Assembly: GCA_034717975.1 (NCBI GenBank)
Contig: JAYEMF010000014.1
Location: 1 to 24,010, forward strand
Length of the DNA: 24,010 nucleotides
Direction: 5' to 3'
DNA from: Campylobacterota bacterium
GTDB taxonomy: Bacteria > Campylobacterota > Campylobacteria > Campylobacterales > Sulfurimonadaceae
Made by a program: the position numbers and the translations under genes. Below are positions 8,310 to 15,635 of this stretch, piece after piece; within the stretch, counting starts at the first letter, position 1, and the number at the start of each line of letters is the position of its first letter. The notes beneath the pieces were generated by a model. It had not been told where the DNA came from. It did not search any database and was given only the letters and a program-made list of their open reading frames with translations.

Positions 8310-8824
8310 AAGTAGTTGTAGCAATCAGCGGAGCAAGCGGTGCTTCTTTGGGACTCAAAGCGCTTCATGCCCTTCCTGATGGCATTGAAAAGCACCTTGT
8401 CGTCTCTGAACATGCCCAGGTCGTTTTGGGTAAAGAGGAGGGAATCAGGTGTCACAAAAACAGCGATATCAGTGCTTCGATCGCATCGGGTTCATACGGA
8501 GTCGATGCCATGCTGATCACCCCTTGCAGTATGAACACGCTTGCCAAGATCTCCTGCGGTATCGCTGACAACCTCATAACCCGTGCGGCAAGCGTGATGA
8601 TCAAAGAGCAGAAAAAACTGCTGCTTGCTCCGCGAGAGATGCCGTTTTCGGCCATCGCACTGGAAAATATGCATAAACTCGCATCACTTGGCATCGTCAT
8701 CGCCCCGCCGGTAATGGCCTACTATTCGCAGCAGGACTCGCTCGAAGCGATGGAAAATTTTATGATAGGAAAATGGTTTGACCTTCTGGGCATCCCCAAC
8801 GATCTCTACCAACGGTGGCAATAA
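8306..8824 (+). CDS. ubiX: Flavin prenyltransferase UbiX
   Basis: ISGASG, ASIASGS, PCSMNTLAKI, DNLITRAA, PREMP motifs. Confidence 0.95.
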   Translation: MKVVVAISGASGASLGLKALHALPDGIEKHLVVSEHAQVVLGKEEGIRCHKNSDISASIASGSYGVDAMLITPCSMNTLAKISCGIADNLITRAASVMIKEQKKLLLAPREMPFSAIALENMHKLASLGIVIAPPVMAYYSQQDSLEAMENFMIGKWFDLLGIPNDLYQRWQ

Positions 8825-9315
8825 TGGAAAAAATCGCACTTTATCCGGGGACATTCGACCCTATTACCAATGGACATTTTGACATCATCGAGCGTGCACT
8901 CGGACTCTTTGATGAAGTCATAGTCGCTGTTGCCGATTCACATGAGAAACGCCCGATGTTCACCCTTCAGGAACGTATTGAGATGTCAAAACTGGCAACG
9001 GCAGACCTCGAACGTGTCAAGGTTGTCGGATTTGACAATCTGACCGTTGACCTCGCAGAGAGTCTGAAAGCGACCATACTGATCCGCGGATTGCGCGCCG
9101 TCAGTGACTTTGAGTATGAACTCCAGCTGGGTTACCTGAACAACTCGCTCAATGACACCATCGAGACCGTTTACCTGATGCCTAAGCTCAAACACGCTTT
9201 CATTAGCTCTTCCATCGTCAGAAACCTGCTGAAATTCAATGGGAAGACCAGCCACCTGCTCCCTGCAGCGGTCCAAAATATTATAGGAGATATGAAATCA
9301 TGTACATTGCCATAG
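8824..9315 (+). CDS. coaD: Phosphopantetheine adenylyltransferase (start ATG 8824, TAATG overlap with ubiX)
   Basis: YPGTFDPITNGH, IRGLRAVSDFEYE, ISSSIVR. Confidence 0.96.
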   Translation: MEKIALYPGTFDPITNGHFDIIERALGLFDEVIVAVADSHEKRPMFTLQERIEMSKLATADLERVKVVGFDNLTVDLAESLKATILIRGLRAVSDFEYELQLGYLNNSLNDTIETVYLMPKLKHAFISSSIVRNLLKFNGKTSHLLPAAVQNIIGDMKSCTLP

Positions 9316-9881
9316 AAGGAATCGACACGGCGGGTAAAAGTACTCAGTTAGAAGCATTGAAGCATGCATTTCCCGATGCGGTTTTCACCAAAGAACCGGG
9401 CGGTACGCCCATCGGTTCACAGATCCGGGATATCGTCTTGACAGGTGATATCAAAAGTCCCTCGGCAGAGCTGCTGCTCTTTTTGGCAGATCGCGCGGAG
9501 CATCTTGCAGAAGTGATCAAACCGAACCTCCGGAAACTGATCATTTCGGATCGCTCGGTTGTATCGGGAATCGCCTACGCCGACGTCAAAACAGAGTACT
9601 CCATTGCCGAACTTGTCTCACTCAACCGCTTTGCCACTGAGAAAGTAATGCCAGATATCGTCTTTATTTTAAAACTCACCCCTGAAGTCCTGCAGGAGCG
9701 TCTTTCCCAAAAAGAGCTAGACGGTATCGAGTCCCGGGGAGTCGACTATCTGCTCTCAATCCAAAATGAGCTGATCGATGCTGCCGAAGCCCTTCAACTG
9801 CGCTATCATCTGCTCGATGCTGCGGCACCGATAGAAACCATTACCAATGAGATTATTTCTACTATCAAGGAAAGCCTATGA
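9300..9881 (+). CDS. tmk: Thymidylate (dTMP) kinase
   Basis: EGIDTAGKST P-loop, TKEPGGT, LLFLADRAEH, SDRSVVSGIAY. Confidence 0.96.
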   Translation: MYIAIEGIDTAGKSTQLEALKHAFPDAVFTKEPGGTPIGSQIRDIVLTGDIKSPSAELLLFLADRAEHLAEVIKPNLRKLIISDRSVVSGIAYADVKTEYSIAELVSLNRFATEKVMPDIVFILKLTPEVLQERLSQKELDGIESRGVDYLLSIQNELIDAAEALQLRYHLLDAAAPIETITNEIISTIKESL

Positions 9882-11089
9882 TCCGTTCGCTTCGCGGCAT
9901 GAACGATATCCTGTCACCCGACAACACACGCTTTGAATACTTTATCAATACGGCGACAACCATTGCCAAACGTTACGGCTTTGAGTATTTTGAAGCACCC
10001 CTGCTTGAAGAGACGGCTCTTTTTAAACGCTCCGTCGGTGAGTCAAGTGACATTGTCGGTAAAGAAATGTACCAGTTTATGGACAAGGGCGAAAACGATG
10101 TCTGTCTTCGTCCGGAAGGTACAGCCGGTGTTGTACGCGCTTTCATCCAGAACAAACTGGATAAAAAAGGCGCTATCCAGCGCTTTTTCTATCACGGAGC
10201 CATGTTCCGTTATGAACGTCCGCAAAAAGGAAGATTGCGTCAGTTTCACCAGTTTGGCGTAGAGAGTTTCGGGATAGCATCGGTTTATGAAGATGCCTCT
10301 GTCATTATGATGGTGTCCGACATCCTTAAAGCGCTCGGCATCTCTTTCAAACTCAAGCTTAACTCCCTTGGCTGTCCGGAGTGTATGCCGCCGTACCGCC
10401 AGCACCTTGTCAATTTTCTTGAAGCGGTGGAAGCGCATATCTGTGACGACTGTGTGCGCCGTAAAGCGACCAACCCGATCCGTGTCCTTGACTGTAAAAA
10501 CGGTTCGTGTCAGGAGCGCTACATCGAAGCACCAAAACTGCTCGATAACCTCTGCGACGGTTGTGATACAGATTTTGAGACTCTGCAGAAACTGCTTGAC
10601 GAGAGCGGAATCGACTTTGAGATCGACAACCACCTCGTACGCGGTCTTGATTACTACTCCAAGAGTGCTTTCGAGTTCGTCAGCGACGAGATCGGCGCGC
10701 AAAGCGCCATCGCAGGCGGCGGCCGTTACGACCGTCTGGTCGAGTTTCTTGACGGCAAACCGACGCCGGCTGTCGGTTTTGCCATCGGGATCGAACGCCT
10801 GCTTGAGCTGATCAAAATACCTGAGCCTGAACGTGAAGGGTACTATTTCGGAGCGATGGACGAAGAGGCGGTTGCTTTGGTTATGCAAAGCGGACAGAAA
10901 AAACGCCAAAGCGACAAAGTAACCATCGAATACACGCCAAAAAGCCTCAAAGCCCACCTCAAAGGGGCTGATCGTGTCAATGCCCGCTACTGCGCCGTCA
11001 TTGGTGAAAACGAGTTGAAAGAGAAGAGCATCTGGGTCAAGGACCTCGTTGAAAGAGATGAGTCTGTTATTAAAATAGACTCTCTTTAG
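9878..11089 (+). CDS. hisS: Histidine--tRNA ligase
   Basis: RGMND, KEMY, LRPEGTA, FRYERPQKGRLRQFHQ, LVRGLDYY, GGGRYD, GFAIGIER. Confidence 0.98.
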   Translation: MIRSLRGMNDILSPDNTRFEYFINTATTIAKRYGFEYFEAPLLEETALFKRSVGESSDIVGKEMYQFMDKGENDVCLRPEGTAGVVRAFIQNKLDKKGAIQRFFYHGAMFRYERPQKGRLRQFHQFGVESFGIASVYEDASVIMMVSDILKALGISFKLKLNSLGCPECMPPYRQHLVNFLEAVEAHICDDCVRRKATNPIRVLDCKNGSCQERYIEAPKLLDNLCDGCDTDFETLQKLLDESGIDFEIDNHLVRGLDYYSKSAFEFVSDEIGAQSAIAGGGRYDRLVEFLDGKPTPAVGFAIGIERLLELIKIPEPEREGYYFGAMDEEAVALVMQSGQKKRQSDKVTIEYTPKSLKAHLKGADRVNARYCAVIGENELKEKSIWVKDLVERDESVIKIDSL

Positions 11090-11132
11090 AGCCGTAATGA
11101 TAAAAACTGTAAACGGCACACCCAGGTAAGTT

Positions 11133-12962
11133 ATGAAGAACTATGGCATCAATATCTGGAGCGACAGCAACTTTGTTATCATCGATGATAAAGTCCATAT
11201 TAACCATAAAAGTTCCCCTTCCCTGCTTGAAATTACAAAGAAAGTGCGCCAAAGCGACCTTCGCGGTCCACTGATCTTACGATTTCCCCATCTCATCGGC
11301 AAACAGATCGATACCCTCTACCGCCATTTTGACCTTGCCATCAAAGAGAACGGCTACACCGGCAGCTTCCATGCGGTCTTCCCCCTTAAAGTCAACCAGT
11401 TTCCAGAAGCTGTAAATGCCATTATGGAGAACGGGAAAGCATTTGGTTATGGCCTTGAAGCCGGCTCTAAAGCCGAACTGGTCATTGCCATGTCAAAAAC
11501 ACCCATAAAATCACCGATCACGGTCAACGGATTTAAAGACACCGAGATGATCACCCTTGGTTTTATCGCAGCGCAGATGGGCCACAACATAACCCTCACT
11601 ATCGAGGGGATAGGAGAACTCGAATCGATCATCGAAGTAGCCTCTTCGACCGGTCTGAAGGTTCCTGCTATCGGTATCCGTATCCGTCTGCGAAGTATTG
11701 GAAGCGGATCATGGGCTAAAAGCGGTGGAATGGATGCCAAGTTCGGTCTGACAACAACAGAGTTGCTAGAAGCAATCGCTATACTTAAAGAGCATGACCT
11801 GCTTGAACAGTTCAAGATGATCCATTTTCACATCGGTTCACAGATGGACGACATCGCTCCGCTGAAAAAAGCGCTGCGTGAAGCCGGTAATATCTATGCC
11901 GAGCTGAAGAAAATGGGAGCTGATGGACTCACATCACTCAATATTGGCGGCGGACTGGCTATTGAGTACTCCCAACATCACTCCGCTCAACTTAAAAACT
12001 ACACGATTACCGAGTTTGCCAGCGGTGTGACCTTTTTACTAAAAGAGGTCATGGATGCCAAGGGCATTGAACATCCCGATATCTTTACAGAGTCAGGACG
12101 CTTTATCGTTGCACCCCATGCTGTTCTTGTGGCACCTGTACTTGAACTTTTTTCACAGGATTATCAGGAGAGATCGCTACGACTCAAGAGAGAAAATCCT
12201 CCTATTGTTCAGGAGCTTCTTGAGCTTAATACGCTGCTCTCGCCTGAAAACTGTATTGAGTATCTGCACGATTCACTTGATCATATGGAGTCGATCCTGA
12301 CACTGTTTGAACTGGGTTACATCGATCTCGAGGACCGTTCAAATGCTGAAATACTGGTACACCTGATCATCAAAAAATCCCTCTATCACTTTAGAGGCCA
12401 GCATACTCCCGAGCTTGAACGCCTCCAGAGCAGACTTCAGGAACGCTATCTCATCAACACCTCTATCTTCCAGAGTATGCCGGACTACTGGGGGCTTGGC
12501 CAGCACTTTCCGGTGATGCCGCTAAATAAACTCGACGAACCGGCCATCCGTGCGGCAAGCCTGTGGGATATCACCTGTGACAGTGACGGTGAAATTGCCT
12601 TTGATTCGAAGAGCCCACTCTACCTGCATGATGTGAATCTTGATGAAGAAGAGTATTTCCTGGCCTTTTTTAACATTGGAGCATATCAGGAGACACTGGG
12701 GATGCAGCACAACCTCTTCAAGCATCCAAGCGAATGTACTATCATCCTGAACGACGACAGTTATGAGGTCGAACATATTATTGAATCAGAAAACCTTCTC
12801 AGCACCCTTGAAGATCTTGGCTATGATGGGGCTAAAATATTAATCCAACTTAAAAACAATCTGGCACACTCCAATTTTAGTACAGAAAAAGAAAAAAGTG
12901 ATACACTTCAAAAATTAGAATCATACCTCTATCAAAACGGGTATCTCAGAACGACTAACTAA
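11133..12962 (+). CDS. speA: Biosynthetic arginine decarboxylase
   Basis: FPLKVNQ (PLP Lys), GLEAGSKAEL, HFHIGSQ, ESGR, DITCDSDG, GAYQE. Confidence 0.96.
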   Translation: MKNYGINIWSDSNFVIIDDKVHINHKSSPSLLEITKKVRQSDLRGPLILRFPHLIGKQIDTLYRHFDLAIKENGYTGSFHAVFPLKVNQFPEAVNAIMENGKAFGYGLEAGSKAELVIAMSKTPIKSPITVNGFKDTEMITLGFIAAQMGHNITLTIEGIGELESIIEVASSTGLKVPAIGIRIRLRSIGSGSWAKSGGMDAKFGLTTTELLEAIAILKEHDLLEQFKMIHFHIGSQMDDIAPLKKALREAGNIYAELKKMGADGLTSLNIGGGLAIEYSQHHSAQLKNYTITEFASGVTFLLKEVMDAKGIEHPDIFTESGRFIVAPHAVLVAPVLELFSQDYQERSLRLKRENPPIVQELLELNTLLSPENCIEYLHDSLDHMESILTLFELGYIDLEDRSNAEILVHLIIKKSLYHFRGQHTPELERLQSRLQERYLINTSIFQSMPDYWGLGQHFPVMPLNKLDEPAIRAASLWDITCDSDGEIAFDSKSPLYLHDVNLDEEEYFLAFFNIGAYQETLGMQHNLFKHPSECTIILNDDSYEVEHIIESENLLSTLEDLGYDGAKILIQLKNNLAHSNFSTEKEKSDTLQKLESYLYQNGYLRTTN

Positions 12963-12971
12963 AGGGTATAT

Positions 12972-13673
12972 GTGGGACTTTTTTCAGAAATTTCAGAAGA
13001 TTTTTCTAACGTCTATAAGAATGACCCCGCCATCCACTCCCGTTTTGAACTTTTATTCAACTATCCCGGTGTCTGGGCCATCGCATGGTATCGTGTTGCC
13101 AATCGCCTCTACCGGGCCAACTTTAAACGTCTTGCCCGTATGTTCATGGGAATCAACCAGATGCTCACCAACATCGATATCCACCCGGGTGCAAGCATCG
13201 GCCGGCGTGTTTTTATCGATCATGGGACGGGTGTTGTCATTGGAGAGACCACCATTATTGAAGATGATGTGCTGATCTACCAGGGCGTAACACTGGGTGG
13301 GGTAAGTCTCACATCGGGTAAACGCCACCCGACCATTAAACGCAATGCGGTCATCGGAGCCGGGGCAAAAGTACTTGGCAACATCATTATCGGGGAAAAT
13401 GCCAAAGTCGGCGCCAACTCGGTTGTCGTCAGGGAGGTCCCAGACTCCTCAACGGCGATTGGTATTCCGGCGCATGTTATCGAAAAAGGGCGAGACAAAG
13501 ACCCGTTCAGCCATAACAAACTCCCAGATATTAACCGCGAAATGTTCGAGTACCTCCTGAAGCGTGTGGCAATCCTCGAGCACAGCCTGATGCAGGACAA
13601 CAAAGAGATCCTCGAACAGGATCTGGAACTTGAGCACATCTACGATGCCTTTATCAAAGCGATGAAGAACTGA
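12972..13673 (+). CDS. cysE: Serine O-acetyltransferase (GTG start)
   Basis: DPA, DIHPGA, FIDHGTGVVIGET, YQGVTLGG, KRHPT hexapeptide region. Confidence 0.96.
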   Translation: MGLFSEISEDFSNVYKNDPAIHSRFELLFNYPGVWAIAWYRVANRLYRANFKRLARMFMGINQMLTNIDIHPGASIGRRVFIDHGTGVVIGETTIIEDDVLIYQGVTLGGVSLTSGKRHPTIKRNAVIGAGAKVLGNIIIGENAKVGANSVVVREVPDSSTAIGIPAHVIEKGRDKDPFSHNKLPDINREMFEYLLKRVAILEHSLMQDNKEILEQDLELEHIYDAFIKAMKN

Positions 13674-13693
13674 CTATTAAACACGCCACAGGA

Positions 13694-13729
13694 GCAGCAG
13701 GCCCCCGCACTTTTTGTGCTTTAGGGTTG
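13694..13729 (+). repeat. 36-bp intergenic repeat, copy A (exact reverse complement of 15534-15569)
   Basis: GCAGCAGGCCCCCGCACTTTTTGTGCTTTAGGGTTG, 36/36 match to copy B on the opposite strand. Confidence 0.9.
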
Positions 13730-13761
13730 TTCAACACGAATGCTTTCTAAATAATATTTAC

Positions 13762-13774
13762 TTTAGAGGTGCCC
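13762..13774 (+). repeat. TTTAGAGGTGCCC terminal motif (same as 131-143)
   Basis: Exact 13-mer match. A degenerate partner GCTTTCTAAA lies at 13742-13751. Confidence 0.6.
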
Positions 13775-13800
13775 TTTATCAACTTGACAGGTTTTGATCC

Positions 13801-14151
13801 ATGTTTAAATTCCTCTTTTATACAGCATTTACGGCTATCTCCATTCTGGCCGTCGTTCCAAACTATAACGCCCTGCCCGAGTTTGTCTCCTTCAGCGACC
13901 TCTTAAACCATGCTGTCGCTTTTATGGTGCTTTACCTGCTTTTGGAGCGTGCACACCCTGCCATCGGCAGAAGAAATGGCATTTTGCTTCTGCTGGCTTA
14001 TGCTATCTTGATTGAAGTCGTCCAGTACTTTCTACCGACACGTTTTGCAGCAGTAAGTGATGTTCTCGCAGATGCTGCCGGAGTGATAGTGGCAGTATTT
14101 ATCCTGCCTTACCTTAAAAAACTACCTTTAATCCGTTATTTCTATAGCTGA
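13801..14151 (+). CDS. VanZ-like family membrane protein
   Basis: 116 aa with four hydrophobic segments. D..nHavAF, IEVVQYFLPTR....DVLAD..G pattern. Confidence 0.85.
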   Translation: MFKFLFYTAFTAISILAVVPNYNALPEFVSFSDLLNHAVAFMVLYLLLERAHPAIGRRNGILLLLAYAILIEVVQYFLPTRFAAVSDVLADAAGVIVAVFILPYLKKLPLIRYFYS

Positions 14152-14182
14152 TCAGATCTTTTTTCAACTAACCTGAATTGTC

Positions 14183-14250
14183 CGTCATTCCCGCGAAGGC
14201 GGGAATCCAAGCCTCAATTATTTTAGATTCCCGCCTTCGCGGGAATGACG
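14183..14250. repeat. REP-like inverted doublet (CGTCATTCCCGCGAAGGCGGGAATC), copy 2
   Basis: Perfect 25-bp IR, 14183-14207 / 14226-14250. Same family as 7256-7323. Confidence 0.9.
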
Positions 14251-14264
14251 ACTGTAAATTTAGA

Positions 14265-14270
14265 TATAAT
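14265..14270 (+). promoter_or_regulatory. Putative -10 box for the aminotransferase gene
   Basis: TATAAT about 28 nt upstream of ATG 14299. AAGG RBS at 14289-14292. Confidence 0.45.
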
Positions 14271-14298
14271 TTTAATAATATTTCACATAAGGTACAGC

Positions 14299-15465
14299 AT
14301 GTTTACAGACAGAATCAATGCCCTATCAGAGTCGATTACAATCGCCATTACAACACTGGCCCAGGAGCTTAAAGCTGAAGGAAAAGATGTCCTCAGTTTT
14401 TCAGCCGGAGAACCTGATTTCAATACTCCTCAGGTTATCAAAGATGCAGGTATCGCTGCCATCAATGAAGGTTTCACAAAATATACCGCTGTTGACGGTA
14501 TCGTCGAACTAAGAGCCGCCATTATCGACAAACTAAAGCGCGACAACGGCCTTGAGTATGCACCCAACCAGGTCATCGTCAACAATGGCGCCAAACACTC
14601 CCTTTTCAACCTCTTCTCTGTCCTTGTCCAGGAAGGCGATGAAGTGATCGTTCCTGCACCATACTGGGTCACTTACCCTGAGCAGGTCAAATACTGCGGC
14701 GGAACACCTGTAGAACTTATGACCGATGACACCAGCGGATTCAAGATCACGCCGGAACAGTTACAAAATGCCATCACCCCTAAGACCAAGGCACTGGTTT
14801 TGACAACACCGTCAAACCCTACCGGATCGGTTTATAGCAAAGATGAGCTGACTGCTCTTGGCAAGGTGCTCGAAGGTACCGATATCATCGTTATCAGTGA
14901 TGAGATGTATGAAAAACTGATCTATGAGGGGACCTTTACCTCTGTTGCCTCGGTAAGCGACGATATGTTCAAACGTACGGTCACTGTCAACGGCCTTAGC
15001 AAATCAGTCGCCATGACAGGCTGGCGTTTTGGCTATATGGCTTCAGCCAATGCCGAACTGGTCAAACAGACTAAAAAGCTTCAGAGCCAAAGCACTTCAA
15101 ACATCTGTACCATCACGCAAAAAGCTGCCATTGCGGGACTTGACGGCAGTGCCGATGCCGATATCGCCATGATGCTCGAAGCCTTTACCGAGCGCCGTAA
15201 TGAAGCCACCAGACTCTTTAATGAGATTGATGGCCTCTCCGTCGCTGCACCGGATGGCGCGTTCTATCTCTACATCAATATTCAAAATGTCACCGGTGAT
15301 TCCATGGAGTTCTGTAAAGCCCTGCTTGCTGAGAAAGAGGTAGCAGTCGTTCCGGGTGATGCCTTCGGTACACCGGGTTATTTCCGCTTCAGCTTCGCAA
15401 CCGACATCGACACGATCCGCAAAGGAATCAAGCGTATCAGCGAATACGTCAGTTCAAAAAAATAG
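14299..15465 (+). CDS. aspC: PLP-dependent class I aminotransferase (aspartate aminotransferase; start ATG 14299)
   Basis: AGEPDF, GAKHSL, PSNPTG, SDEMYE, NGLSKSVAMTGWRFGY, RFSFA. Follows cysE as in the Campylobacter gene order. Confidence 0.9.
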   Translation: MFTDRINALSESITIAITTLAQELKAEGKDVLSFSAGEPDFNTPQVIKDAGIAAINEGFTKYTAVDGIVELRAAIIDKLKRDNGLEYAPNQVIVNNGAKHSLFNLFSVLVQEGDEVIVPAPYWVTYPEQVKYCGGTPVELMTDDTSGFKITPEQLQNAITPKTKALVLTTPSNPTGSVYSKDELTALGKVLEGTDIIVISDEMYEKLIYEGTFTSVASVSDDMFKRTVTVNGLSKSVAMTGWRFGYMASANAELVKQTKKLQSQSTSNICTITQKAAIAGLDGSADADIAMMLEAFTERRNEATRLFNEIDGLSVAAPDGAFYLYINIQNVTGDSMEFCKALLAEKEVAVVPGDAFGTPGYFRFSFATDIDTIRKGIKRISEYVSSKK

Positions 15466-15472
15466 TTTTACG

Positions 15473-15493
15473 ATCTTCAGCCAGCCTGAGGAT
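15473..15493. terminator. Hairpin between the convergent aspC and HD-GYP genes, possible terminator
   Basis: ATCTTCAG/CTGAGGAT stem (one G-U pair) followed by TT and preceded by TTTTA. The U-tract is weak. Confidence 0.3.
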
Positions 15494-15533
15494 TTAAAGT
15501 GATTAACACTTAATGACAAATGTTTGAGACAGG

Positions 15534-15625
15534 CAACCCTAAAGCACAAAAAGTGCGGGGGCCTGCTGCCTAAGCAACCTTAGCGGTAGCGTAGGCAAAC
15601 GGACTTTGTTCGTTTGACGTCTTAA
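15534..15625 (-). repeat. Intergenic repeat, copy B (longer form: 36-bp core plus extra hairpins)
   Basis: Core at 15534-15569. Extra imperfect hairpins GCCTAAGCAACC..GGTAGCGTAGGC and AAACGGAC/GTTCGTTT that copy A lacks. Confidence 0.75.
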
Positions 15626-15635
15626 ATCAATGGTG

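Noticed and set aside
10043..11119. 358-aa antisense ORF (and similar shadows, e.g. 1749-2453, 2884-3405, 6038-6544, 19666-20403)
   Set aside because: They lie opposite well-supported genes and show no recognisable motifs. Codon-bias shadows explain them.
2403..13774. 11-kb composite transposon bounded by GGCACCTCTAAA / TTTAGAGGTGCC
   Set aside because: It would enclose essential, syntenic housekeeping genes, and there is no transposase or clear TSD.
13784..13789. Perfect TTGACA upstream of the vanZ-like gene
   Set aside because: It is only 11 nt from the ATG, leaving no room for a -10 box and leader.
7256..14250. CRISPR array from the palindromic repeats
   Set aside because: The repeats are inverted pairs, not direct repeats with regular spacers, and no cas genes are present.
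14178..14372. 64-aa ORF 'SVIPAKAGIQ...LDSRLRGND'
   Set aside because: It is the translation of the REP doublet, a familiar spurious-ORF pattern, and it overlaps aspC. The 14245 extension of aspC also starts inside the REP.
15528..15620. Possible c-di-GMP-I riboswitch next to the HD-GYP gene (GGCAA..., GGTAGC)
   Set aside because: It lacks the GAAA loop and GACGCAAAGC core, lies between convergent 3' ends, and its core is a dispersed repeat. An Rfam scan would settle it.
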